Assembly (NCBI GenBank): GCA_964016885.1
Contig: OZ024743.1
Span: 132,866,001 to 132,930,000, forward strand
DNA length: 64,000 bases
Reading direction: 5' to 3'
Source of the DNA: Eledone cirrhosa
Taxonomy: Eukaryota
In this document: piece by piece, positions 1 to 11,700 of the stretch
How positions within the stretch are numbered: position 1 is the stretch's first letter
Layout of the letters: every line of letters begins with the position of its first letter
The notes under the pieces: model-generated
Seen by the model: the letters and a program-made list of their open reading frames with translations, nothing else
Told to the model about the DNA's origin: nothing
The model's database searches: none
Translations under genes and position numbers: made by a program

Positions 1-3000
1 GTGTTAGGTGTTTGGTGCTTGGTGCTTGGTGTTTGGTGTTTGGTGCTTGGTGTTTGGTGTTTGGTGCTTGGTGTTTGGTGCTTGGTACTTGGTGCTTGGT
101 GCTTGGTGTTAGGTGTTTGGTGCTTGGTGCTTGGTGTCTGGTTTTTGGTGCTTGGTGCTTGGTGTTTGGTGTTTGGTGCTTGCTGCTGGCTGCTTGGTGT
201 TTGGTGCTTGGTGATTGGTGCTTGGTGTTTGGTGCTTGGTGTTTGGTGTTTGGTGCTTGGTGATTGGTGTTTGTACTTGGTGCTTGGTGCTTGGTTCTTG
301 GTGTTTGGTGCTTGGTGCTTGGTGTTTGGTGTTATATGCTTGGTGTTTGATGCTTGGTGCTTGGTGCTTGGTGTTTGGTGTTTGGTGTTTGATGCTTGGT
401 GCTTGGTTTTTGGTGCTTGGTGCTTGGTGTTTGTACTTGGTGCTTGGTGCTTGGTGCTTGGTGTTTGGTGCTTGGTGCTTGGTGCTTGGTCCTTGGTGCT
501 TGGTGTTTGGTGGTTGGTGTTTGGTGCTTGGTGTTAGGTGTTTGGTGCTTGGTGCTTAGTGTTTGGTGTTTGGTGCTTGGTGTTTGGTGTTTGGTGCTTG
601 GTATTTGGTGCTTGGTACTTGGTGCTTGGTGCTTGGTGTTAGGTGTTTGGTGCTTGGTGTTTGGTGCTTGGTGTTTGGTGCTTGGTGCTTGGTGCTTGGT
701 GCTTGGTGTTTGGTGGTTGGTGTTTGGTGCTTGGTGTTTGGTGCTTGGTGTTAGGTGTTTGGTGCTTGGTGCTTGGTGCTTGGTGCTTGGTGTTTGGTGC
801 TGGGTGCTTGGTGCTTGGTGTTTGGTGTTATATGCTTGGTGTTTGATGCTTGGTGCTTGGTGCTTGGTGTTTGGTGTTTGGTGCTTGGTGTTTGATGCTT
901 GGTGCTTGGTGCTTGGTGTTTGGTGCTTGGTGCTTGGTGTTTGGTGCTTGGTGCTTGGTGTTTGGTGCTTGGTGTTTGGTGCTTGGTGTTTGGTGCTTGG
1001 TGCTTGGTGCTTGGTGCTTGGTGTTTGGTGGTTGGTGCTTGGTGCTTGGTGTTAGGTGTTTGGTGCTTGGTGCTTGGTGTCTGGTTTTTGGTGCTTGGTG
1101 CTTGGTGTTTGGTGCTTGTTGCTGGCTGCTTGGTGTTTGGTGCTTGGTGATTGGTGCTTGGTGTTTGGTGCTTGGTGTTTGGTATTTGGTGCTTGGTGTT
1201 TGTACTTGGTGTTTGGTGCTTGGTGTTTGGTGCTAGGTGCTTGGTGTTTGGTGCTTGGTGCTTGGTGTTTGGTGCCTGGTGCTTGGTGTTTGGTGTTTGG
1301 TGTTTGGTGCTTGGTGCTTGGTGTTTGGTGTTTGCTGTTTGCTGTTTGGTGTTTGTTGTTTGGTGTTTGTTGTTTGGTGTTTGCTGTTTGGTGTTTGGTG
1401 TTTGCTTTTTGGTGTTTGGTGTTTGATGTATGTTGTTTGCTGTTTGGTGTTTGGTGTTTGGTGTTTGGTGCTTGGTGCTTGGTGTTTGGTGCTTGGTGCT
1501 TGGTGTTTGGTGCCTGGTGCTTGGTGTTTGGTGTTTGGTGCTTGGTGCTTGGAGTTTGGTGTTTGGTGCTTGGTGCTTGGTGTTTCGTGTTTCGTGTTTG
1601 GTGCTTGGTGCTTGGTGCTTGGTCCTTGGTGTTTGGTGCTGGGTGCATTGTGTTTGGTGCTTGGTGCTTGGTGCTTGGTGCTTGGTGTTTGGTGTTTGCT
1701 GCTTGGTGTTTGATGCTTGGTGCTTGGTGCTTGGTGTTTTGTGTTTGGTGCTTGGTGGTTGGTGCTTGGTGTTTGGTGCTTGGTGCTTGGTGCTTGGTGT
1801 TTTGTGTTTGGTGCTTGGTGCTTGGTGTTTGGTGCTTGGTGCTGGGTGGTTGGTGTTTGGTGCTTGGTGTTTGGTGCTGGGTGCTTGGTGTTTGGTGCTT
1901 GGTGCTTGGTGTTTGGTGCTTGGTGCTGGGTGGTTGGTGTTTGGTGCTTGGTGTTTGGTGCTGGGTGCTTGGTGTTTGGTGCTGGGTGCTTGGTGTTTGG
2001 TGCTTGGTGCTTGGTCTTTGGTGCTTGGTGTTTGGTGCTTGGTGCTTGGTGCTTGGTGTTTGGTGCTTGGTGCTTGGTGTTTGGTGCTTGGTGCTTGGTG
2101 TTTGGTTTTTGGTGCTTGGTGCTTGGTGTTTGGTGTTTGGTGCTTGCTGCTGGCTGCTTGGTGTTTGATGCATGGTGATTGGTGCTTGGTGTTTGGTGCT
2201 TGGTGTTTGGTGTTTGATGCTTGGTGCTTGGTGCTTGGTGTTTGGTGCTTGGTGCTTGGTGTTTGGTGCTTGGTGCTTGGTGTTTGGTTTTTGGTGCTTG
2301 GTGCTTGGTGTTTGGTGTTTGGTGCTTGCTGCTGGCTGCTTGGTGTTTGATGCATGGTGATTGGTGCTTGGTGTTTGGTGCTTGGTGTTTGGTGTTTGAT
2401 GCTTGGTGCTTGGTGCTTGGTGTTTGGTGCTTGGTGCTTGGTGTTTGGTGCTTGGTGCTAGGTGTTTGGTGCTTGGTGTTTGGTGCTTGGTGTTTGGTGC
2501 TTGGTGCTTGGTGCTTGGTGCTTGGTGTTTGGTGGTTGGTGCTTGGTGCTTGGTGTTAGGTGTTTGGTGCTTGGTGCTTGGTGTTTGGTGTTTGGTGCTT
2601 GGTGTTTGGTGTTTGGTGCTTGGTGTTTGGTGCTTGGTACTTGGTGCTTGGTGCTTGGTATTAGGTGTTTGGTGCTTGGTGCTTGGTGTCTGGTTTTTGG
2701 TGCTTGGTGCTTGGTGTTTGGTGTTTGGTGCTTGCTGCTGGCTGCTTGGTGTTTGGTGCTTGGTGATTGGTGCTTGGTGTTTGGTGCTTGGTGTTTGGTG
2801 TTTGGTGCTTGGTGATTGGTGTTTGTACTTGGTGCTTGGTGCTTGGTTCTTGGTGTTTGGTGCTTGGTGCTTGGTGTTTGGTGTTATATGCTTGGTGTTT
2901 GATGCTTGGTGCTTGGTGCTTGGTGTATGGTGTTTGGTGTTTGATGCTTGGTGCTTGGTGTTTGGTGCTTGGTGCTTGGTGTTTGTACTTGGTGCTTGGT

Positions 3001-6000
3001 GCTTGGTGCTTGGTGTTTGGTGCTTGGTGCTTGGTGCTTGGTCCTTGGTGGTTGGTGTTTGGTGGTTGGTGTTTGGTGCTTGGAGTTAGTTGTTTGGTGC
3101 TTGGTGCTTGGTGTTTGGTGTTTGGTGCTTGGTGTTTGGTGTTTGGTGCTTGGTATTTGGTGCTTGGTACTTGGTGCTTGGTGCTTGGTGTTAGGTGTTT
3201 GGGGCTTGGTGTTTGGTGCTTGGTGTTTGGTGCTTGGTGTTTGGTGCTTGGTGTTAGGTGTTTGGTGCTTGGTGCTTGGTGTTTGGTGTTTGGTGCTTGG
3301 TGTTTGGTGTTTGGTGCTTGGTGTTTGGTGCTTTTTGCTTGGTGCTTGGTGCTTGGTGTTTGGTGCTGGGTGCTTGGTGCTTGGTGTTTGGTGTTATATG
3401 CTTGGTGTTTGATGCTTGGTGCTTGGTGCTTGGTGTTTGGTGTTTGGTGCTTGGTGTTTGATGCTTGGTGCTTGGTGCTTGGTGCTTGGTGTTTGGTGCT
3501 TGGTGCTTGGTGTTTGGTGCTTGGTGTTTGGTGCTTGGTGTTTGGTGCTTGGTGCTTGGTGCTTGGTGCTTGGTGTTTGGTGGTCGGTGCTTGGTGCTTG
3601 GTGTTAGGTGTTTGGTGCTTGGTGCTTGGTGTCTGGTTTTTGGTGCTTGGTGCTTGGTGTTTGGTGCTTGTTGCTGGCTGCTTGGTGTTTGGTGCTTGGT
3701 GATTGGTGCTTGGTGTTTGGTGCTTGGTGTTTGGTATTTGGTGCTTGGTGTTTGTACTTGGTGTTTGGTGCTTGGTGTTTGGTGCTAGGTGCTTGGTGTT
3801 TGGTGCTTGGTGCTTGGTGTTTGGTGCCTGGTGCTTGGTGTTTGGTGTTTGGTGTTTGGTGCTTGGTGCTTGGTGTTTGGTGTTTGCTGTTTGCTGTTTG
3901 GTGTTTGTTGTTTGGTGTTTGTTGTTTGGTGTTTGCTGTTTGGTGTTTGGTGTTTGCTTTTTGGTGTTTGGTGTTTGATGTATGTTGTTTGCTGTTTGGT
4001 GTTTGGTGTTTGGTGTTTGGTGCTTGGTGCTTGGTGTTTGGTGCTTGGTGCTTGGTGTTTGGTGCCTGGTGCTTGGTGTTTGGTGTTTGGTGCTTGGTGC
4101 TTGGAGTTTGGTGTTTGGTGCTTGGTGCTTGGTGTTTCGTGTTTCGTGTTTGGTGCTTGGTGCTTGGTGCTTGGTCCTTGGTGTTTGGTGCTGGGTGCAT
4201 TGTGTTTGGTGCTTGGTGCTTGGTGCTTGGTGCTTGGTGTTTGGTGTTTGCTGCTTGGTGTTTGATGCTTGGTGCTTGGTGCTTGGTGTTTTGTGTTTGG
4301 TGCTTGGTGGTTGGTGTTTGGTGCTTGGTGCTGGGTGGTTGGTGTTTGGTGCTTGGTGTTTGGTGCTGGGTGCTTGGTGTTTGGTGCTGGGTGCTTGGTG
4401 TTTGGTGCTTGGTGCTTGGTGTTTGGTGCTTGGTGCTGGGTGGTTGGTGTTTGGTGCTTGGTGTTTGGTGCTGGGTGCTTGGTGTTTGGTGCTGGGTGCT
4501 CGGTGTTTGGTGCTTGGTGCTTGGTCTTTGGTGCTTGGTGTTTGGTGCTTGGTGCTTGGTGCTTGGTGTTTGGTGCTTGGTGCTTGGTGTTTGGTGCTTG
4601 GTGCTTGGTGTTTGGTTTTTGGTGCTTGGTGCTTGGTGTTTGGTGTTTGGTGCTTGCTGCTGGCTGCTTGGTGTTTGATGCATGGTGATTGGTGCTTGGT
4701 GTTTGGTGCTTGGTGTTTGGTGTTTGATGCTTGGTGCTTGGTGCTTGGTGTTTGGTGCTTGGTGCTTGGTGTTTGGTGCTTGGTGCTTGGTGTTTGGTTT
4801 TTGGTGCTTGGTGCTTGGTGTTTGGTGTTTGGTGCTTGCTGCTGGCTGCTTGGTGTTTGATGCATGGTGATTGGTGCTTGGTGTTTGGTGCTTGGTGTTT
4901 GGTGTTTGATGCTTGGTGCTTGGTGCTTGGTGTTTGGTGCTTGGTGCTTGGTGTTTGGTGCTTGGTGCTAGGTGTTTGGTGCTTGGTGTTTCGTGCTTGG
5001 TGTTTGGTGCTTGGTGCTTGGTGCTTGGTGCTTGGTGTTTGGTGGTTGGTGCTTGGTGCTTGGTGTTAGGTGTTTGGTGCTTGGTGCTTGGTGTTTGGTG
5101 TTTGGTGCTTGGTGTTTGGTGTTTGGTGCTTGGTGTTTGGTGCTTGGTACTTGGTGCTTGGTGCTTGGTATTAGGTGTTTGGTGCTTGGTGCTTGGTGTC
5201 TGGTTTTTGGTGCTTGGTGCTTGGTGTTTGGTGTTTGGTGCTTGCTGCTGGCTGCTTGGTGTTTGGTGCTTGGTGATTGGTGCTTGGTGTTTGGTGCTTG
5301 GTGTTTGGTGTTTGGTGCTTGGTGATTGGTGTTTGTACTTGGTGCTTGGTGCTTGGTTCTTGGTGTTTGGTGCTTGGTGCTTGGTGTTTGGTGTTATATG
5401 CTTGGTGTTTGATGCTTGGTGCTTGGTGCTTGGTGTATGGTGTTTGGTGTTTGATGCTTGGTGCTTGGTGTTTGGTGCTTGGTGCTTGGTGTTTGTACTT
5501 GGTGCTTGGTGCTTGGTGCTTGGTGTTTGGTGCTTGATGATTGGTGCTTGGTCCTTGGTGGTTGGTGTTTGGTGGTTGGTGTTTGGTGCTTGGAGTTAGT
5601 TGTTTGGTGCTTGGTGCTTGGTGTTTGGTGTTTGGTGCTTGGTGTTTGGTGTTTGGTGCTTGGTATTTGGTGCTTGGTACTTGGTGCTTGGTGCTTGGTG
5701 TTAGGTGTTTGGGGCTTGGTGTTTGGTGCTTGGTGTTTGGTGCTTGGTGTTTGGTGCTTGGTGTTAGGTGTTTGGTGCTTGGTGCTTGGTGTTTGGTGTT
5801 TGGTGCTTGGTGTTTGGTGTTTGGTGCTTGGTGTTTGGTGCTTTTTGCTTGGTGCTTGGTGCTTGGTGTTTGGTGCTGGGTGCTTGGTGCTTGGTGTTTG
5901 GTGTTATATGCTTGGTGTTTGATGCTTGGTGCTTGGTGCTTGGTGTTTGGTGTTTGGTGCTTGGTGTTTGATGCTTGGTGCTTGGTGCTTGGTGTTTGGT

Positions 6001-6520
6001 GCTTGGTGCTTGGTGTTTGGTGCTTGGTGCTTGGTGTTTGGTGCTTGGTGTTTGGTGCTTGGTGTTTGGTGCTTGGTGCTTGGTGCTTGGTGTTTGGTGG
6101 TTGGTGCTTGGTGCTTGGTGTTAGGTGTTTGGTGCTTGGTGCTTGGTGTCTGGTTTTTGGTGCTTGGTGCTTGGTGTTTGGTGCTTGTTGCTGGCTGCTT
6201 GGTGTTTGGTGCTTGGTGATTGGTGCTTGGTGTTTGGTGCTTGGTGTTTGGTGTTTGGTGCTTGGTGTTTGTACTTGGTGTTTGGTGCTTGGTGTTTGGT
6301 GCTAGGTGCTTGGTGTTTGGTGCTTGGTGCTTGGTGTTTGGTGCCTGGTGCTTGGTGTTTGGTGTTTGGTGTTTGGTGCTTGGTGCTTGGTGTTTGGTGT
6401 TTGCTGTTTGCTGTTTGGTGTTTGTTGTTTGGTGTTTGTTGTTTGGTGTTCGCTGTTTGGTGTTTGGTGTTTGCTTTTTGGTGTTTGGTGTTTGATGTAT
6501 GTTGTTTGCTGTTTGGTGTT
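1..6520 (+). repeat. Higher-order repeat of about 2.51-2.55 kb, about 2.5 tandem copies
   Basis: Matching ORF translations and markers recur at offsets 2552 (215/2767, 1151/3703, 1430/3982), 2510 (2403/4913, 2767/5277, 3258/5768) and 2517 (3608/6125, 3703/6220). Confidence 0.92.
2040..2403 (+). repeat. 182-bp (26-monomer) tandem duplication; repeated at about 4550-4913
   Basis: GCTGCTGGCTGC...GATGCATGGTGA marker twice, 182 bp apart (minus-strand ORF starts 2173/2355 and 4683/4865). Confidence 0.9.
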
Positions 6521-8322
6521 TGATGCTTGGTGCTTGGTGCTTGGTGTTTGGTGCTTGGTGCTTGGTGTTTGGTGCTTGGTGCTTGGTGTTTGGTTTTTGG
6601 TGCTTGGTGCTTGGTGTTTGGTGTTTGGTGCTTGCTGCTGGCTGCTTGGTGTTTGATGCATGGTGATTGGTGCTTGGTGTTTGGTGCTTGGTGTTTGGTG
6701 TTTGATGCTTGGTGCTTGGTGCTTGGTGTTTGGTGCTTGGTGCTTGGTGTTTGGTGCTTGGTGCTAGGTGTTTGGTGCTTGGTGTTTGGTGCTTGGTGTT
6801 TGGTGCTTGGTGCTTGGTGCTTGGTGCTTGGTGTTTGGTGGTTGGTGCTTGGTGCTTGGTGTTAGGTGTTTGGTGCTTGGTGCTTGGTGTTTGGTGTTTG
6901 GTGCTTGGTGTTTGGTGTTTGGTGCTTGGTGTTTGGTGCTTGGTACTTGGTGCTTGGTGCTTGGTATTAGGTGTTTGGTGCTTGGTGCTTGGTGTCTGGT
7001 TTTTGGTGCTTGGTGCTTGGTGTTTGGTGTTTGGTGCTTGCTGCTGGCTGCTTGGTGTTTGGTGCTTGGTGATTGGTGCTTGGTGTTTGGTGCTTGGTGT
7101 TTGGTGTTTGGTGCTTGGTGATTGGTGTTTGTACTTGGTGCTTGGTGCTTGGTTCTTGGTGTTTGGTGCTTGGTGCTTGGTGTTTGGTGTTATATGCTTG
7201 GTGTTTGATGCTTGGTGCTTGGTGCTTGGTGTATGGTGTTTGGTGTTTGATGCTTGGTGCTTGGTGTTTGGTGCTTGGTGCTTGGTGTTTGTACTTGGTG
7301 CTTGGTGCTTGGTGCTTGGTGTTTGGTGCTTGGTGCTTGGTGCTTGGTCCTTGGTGGTTGGTGTTTGGTGGTTGGTGTTTGGTGCTTGGAGTTAGTTGTT
7401 TGGTGCTTGGTGCTTGGTGTTTGGTGTTTGGTGCTTGGTGTTTGGTGTTTGGTGCTTGGTATTTGGTGCTTGGTACTTGGTGCTTGGTGCTTGGTGTTAG
7501 GTGTTTGGGGCTTGGTGTTTGGTGCTTGGTGTTTGGTGCTTGGTGTTTGGTGCTTGGTGTTAGGTGTTTGGTGCTTGGTGCTTGGTGTTTGGTGTTTGGT
7601 GCTTGGTGTTTGGTGTTTGGTGCTTGGTGTTTGGTGCTTTTTGCTTGGTGCTTGGTGCTTGGTGTTTGGTGCTGGGTGCTTGGTGCTTGGTGTTTGGTGT
7701 TATATGCTTGGTGTTTGATGCTTGGTGCTTGGTGCTTGGTGTTTGGTGTTTGGTGCTTGGTGTTTGATGCTTGGTGCTTGGTGCTTGGTGTTTGGTGCTT
7801 GGTGCTTGGTGTTTGGTGCTTGGTGCTTGGTGTTTGGTGCTTGGTGTTTGGTGCTTGGTGTTTGGTGCTTGGTGCTTGGTGCTTGGTGTTTGGTGGTTGG
7901 TGCTTGGTGCTTGGTGTTAGGTGTTTGGTGCTTGGTGCTTGGTGTCTGGTTTTTGGTGCTTGGTGCTTGGTGTTTGGTGCTTGTTGCTGGCTGCTTGGTG
8001 TTTGGTGCTTGGTGATTGGTGCTTGGTGTTTGGTGCTTGGTGTTTGGTGTTTGGTGCTTGGTGTTTGTACTTGGTGTTTGGTGCTTGGTGTTTGGTGCTA
8101 GGTGCTTGGTGTTTGGTGCTTGGTGCTTGGTGTTTGGTGCCTGGTGCTTGGTGTTTGGTGTTTGGTGTTTGGTGCTTGGTGCTTGGTGTTTGGTGTTTGC
8201 TGTTTGCTGTTTGGTGTTTGTTGTTTGGTGTTTGTTGTTTGGTGTTTGCTGTTTGGTGTTTGGTGTTTGCTTTTTGGTGTTTGGTGTTTGATGTATGTTG
8301 TTTGCTGTTTGGTGTTTGGTGT
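4731..8322 (+). repeat. 1796-bp tandem duplication (shortened derivative of the 2.5-kb unit)
   Basis: Constant 1796 offset: ORFs 4731/6527, 4913/6709, 5277/7073, 5768/7564, 6125/7921, 6220/8016; shared rare markers GGAGTTAGTTG and TTGGGGC. Confidence 0.92.
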
Positions 8323-8329
8323 TTGGTGT

Positions 8330-8720
8330 TTGGTGCTTGGTGCGTGGTGTTTGGTGCTTGGTGGTTGGTGTTTGGTGCCTGGTGCTTGGTGTTTGGTGTT
8401 TGGTGCTTGGTGCTTGGAGTTTGGTGTTTGGTGCTTGGTGCTTGGTGTTTCGTGTTTCGTGTTTGGTGCTTGGTGCTTGGTGCTTGGTCCTTGGTGTTTG
8501 GTGCTGGGTGCATTGTGTTTGGTGCTTGGTGCTTGGTGCTTGGTGCTTGGTGTTTGGTGCTTGGTGCTTGGTGTTTGGTGCCTGGTGCTTGGTGTTTGGT
8601 GTTTGGTGCTTGGTGCTTGGAGTTTGGTGTTTGGTGCTTGGTGCTTGGTGTTTCGTGTTTCGTGTTTGGTGCTTGGTGCTTGGTGCTTGGTCCTTGGTGT
8701 TTGGTGCTGGGTGCATTGTG
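8330..8720 (+). repeat. 203-bp (29-monomer) tandem duplication
   Basis: Marker series CCTGG, GGAGT, TTCGTGTTTCGTG, GGTCC, GGGTGCATTG occurs twice; minus-strand ORF starts 8513/8716. Confidence 0.88.
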
Positions 8721-11700
8721 CTTGGTGTTTTGTGTTTGGTGCTTGGTGGTTGGTGCTTGGTGTTTGGTGCTTGGTGCTTGGTGCTTGGTGTTTTGTGTTT
8801 GGTGCTTGGTGCTTGGTGTTTGGTGCTTGGTGCTGGGTGGTTGGTGTTTGGTGCTTGATGTTTGGTGCTGGGTGCTTGGTGTTTGGTGCTGGGTGCTTGG
8901 TGTTTGGTGCTTGGTGCTTGGTGTTTGGTGCTTGGTGCTGGGTGGTTGGTGTTTGGTGCTTGGTGTTTGGTGCTGGGTGCTTGGTGTTTGGTGCTGGGTG
9001 CTTGGTGTTTGGTGCTTGGTGCTTGGTGCTTGGTGTTTGGTGCTTGGTGCTTGGTGTTTGGTGCTTGGTGCTTGGTGTTTGGTTTTTGGTGCTTGGTGCT
9101 TGGTGTTTGGTGTTTGGTGCTTGCTGCTGGCTGCTTGGTGTTTGATGCATGGTGATTGGTGCTTGGTGTTTGGTGCTTGGTGTTTGGTGTTTGATGCTTG
9201 GTGCTTGGTGCTTGGTGTTTGGTGCTTGGTGCTTGGTGTTTGGTGCTTATTGCTTGGTGTTTCGTGCTTGTTGTTTGGTGCTTGGTGTTTGGTGCTTGGT
9301 GCTTGGTGCTTGGTGCTTGGTGTTAGGTGTTTGGTGCTTGGTGCTTGGTGTTTGGTGTTTGGTGCTTGGTGTTTGGTGTTTGGTGCTTGGTGTTTGGTGC
9401 TTGGTACTTGGTGCTTGGTGCTTGGTGTTAGGTGTTTGGTGCTTGGTGCTTGGTGTCTGGTTTTTGGTGCTTGGTGCTTGGTGTTTGGTGTTTGGTGCTT
9501 GCTGCTGGCTGCTTGGTGTTTGGTGCTTGGTGATTGGTGCTTGGTGTTTGGTGCTTGGTGTTTGGTGTTTGGTGCTTGGTGATTGGTGTTTGTACTTGGT
9601 GCTTGGTGCTTGGTTCTTGGTGTTTGGTGCTTGGTGCTTGGTGTTTGGTGTTATATGCTTGGTGTTTGATGCTTGGTGCTTGGTGCTTTGTGTTTGGTGT
9701 TTGGTGTTTGATGCTTGGTGCTTGGTGTTTGGTGCTTGGTGCTTGGTGTTTGTACTTGGTGCTTGGTGCTTGGTGCTTGGTGTTTGGTGCTTGGTGCTTG
9801 GTGCTTGGTGCTTGGTCCTTGGTGCTTGGTGTTTGCTGGTTGGTGTTTGGTGCTTGGTGTTAGGTGTTTGGTGCTTGGTGCTTGGTGTTTGGTGTTTGGT
9901 GCTTGGTGTTTGGTGTTTGGTGCTTGGTGTTTGGTGCTTGGTACTTGGTGCTTGGTGCTTGGTGTTAGGTGTTTGGTGCTTGGTGTTTGGTGCTTGGTGT
10001 TTGGTGCTTGGTGCTTGGTGCTTGGTGCTTGGTGTTTGGTGGTTGGTGTTTGGTGCTTGGTGTTTGGTGCTTGGTGTTAGGTGTTTGGTGCTTGGTGCTT
10101 GGTGTTTGGTGTTTGGTGCTTGGTGTTTGGTGTTTGGTGCTTGGTGTTTGGTGCTTTTTGCTTGGTGCTTGGTGCTTGGTGTTTGGTGCTGGGTGCTTGG
10201 TGCTTGGTGTTTGGTGTTATATGCTTGGTGTTTGATGCTTGGTGCTTGGTGCTTGGTGTTTGGTGTTTGTGCTTGGTGTTTGATGCTTGGTGCTTGGTGC
10301 TTGGTGTTTGGTGCTTGGTGCTTGGTGTTTGGTGCTTGGTGCTTCGTGTTTGGTGCTTGGTGTTTGGTGCTTGGTGCTTGGTGTTTGGTGGTTGGTGCTT
10401 GGTGCTTGGTGTTAGGTGTTTGGTGCTTGGTGCTTGGTGTCTGGTTTTTGGTGCTTGGTGCTTGGTGTTTGGTGCTTGTTGCTGGCTGCTTGGTGTTTGG
10501 TGCTTGGTGATTGGTGCTTGGTGTTTGGTGCTTGGTGTTTGGTGTTTGGTGCTTGGTGTTTGTACTTGGTGTTTGGTGCTTGGTGTTTGGTGCTAGGTGC
10601 TTGGTGTTTGGTGCTTGGTGCTTGGTGTTTGGTGCCTGGTGCTTGGTGTTTGGTGTTTGGTGTTTGGTGCTTGGTGCTTGGTGTTTGGTGTTTGCTGTTT
10701 GCTGTTTGGTGTTTGTTGTTTGGTGTTTGTTGTTTGGTGTTTGCTGTTTGGTGTTTGGTGTTTGCTTTTTGGTGTTTGGTGTTTGATGTATGTTGTTTGC
10801 TGTTTGGTGTTTGGTGTTTGGTGTTTGGTGCTTGGTGCTTGGTGTTTGGTGCTTGGTGCTTGGTGTTTGGTGCCTGGTGCTTGGTGCATGGTGCTTGGTG
10901 TTTGGTGTTTGGTGCTTGGTGCTTGGAGTTTGGTGTTTGGTGCTTGGTGCTTGGTGTTTCGTGTTTCGTGTTTGGTTTTTGGTGCTTGGTGCTTGGTGCT
11001 TGGTCCTTGGTGTTTGGTGCTGGGTGCATTGTGTTTGGTGCTTGGCGCTTGGTGCTTGGTGCTTGGTGTTTGGTGTTTGCTGCTTGGTGTTTGATGCTTG
11101 GTGCTTGGTGCTTGGTGTTTTGCGCTTGGTGCTTGGTGCTTGGTGTTTGGCGCTTGCTTGGTGTTTGTACTTGGTGCTTGGTGATTGGTGTTTGGTTCTT
11201 GGTTCTTGGTGCTTGGTGTTTGGTGCCTGGTGCTTGGTGCTTGGTGTTTGGTGTTTGGTGCTTGGTGCTTGGTGCTTGGAGTTTGGTGTTTGGTGCTTGG
11301 TGCTTTGTGTTTTGTGTTTGGTGTTTGGTTTTTGGTGCTTGGTGCTTGGTCCTTGGTGTTTGGTGCTGGGTGCTTTGTGTTTGGTGCTTGGTGCTTGGTG
11401 TTTGGTGTTTGCTGCTTGGTGTTTGATGCTTGGTGCTTGGTGCTTGGTGTTTTGTGTTTGGTGCTTGGTTCTTGGTGTTTGGTGCTTGGTGCTTGGTACT
11501 TGGTGTTTGTACTTGGTGCTTGGTGCTTGGTGTTTGGTTCTTGGTACTTGGTGTTTGGTACTTGGTGCTTGGTGCTTGATGTTTGGTGTTTGGTGCTTGG
11601 TGTTTGGTGCTTGGTGCTTGGTGCTTGGTGTTAGGTGTTTGGTGCTTGGTCCTTGGTGTTTGGTGCTTGGTGTTTGGTGTTTGCTGTTTGGTGTTTGGTG

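Noticed and set aside
180-193. GCTGCTGGCTGC and GCTGGGTGG as Chi-like sites
   Set aside because: Neither matches E. coli Chi (GCTGGTGG); both are explained as adjacent variant monomers.
332-339. TTATATGC as a TATA-like promoter element (many copies)
   Set aside because: It is an in-register variant monomer (TATATGC) with no downstream gene or other promoter context.
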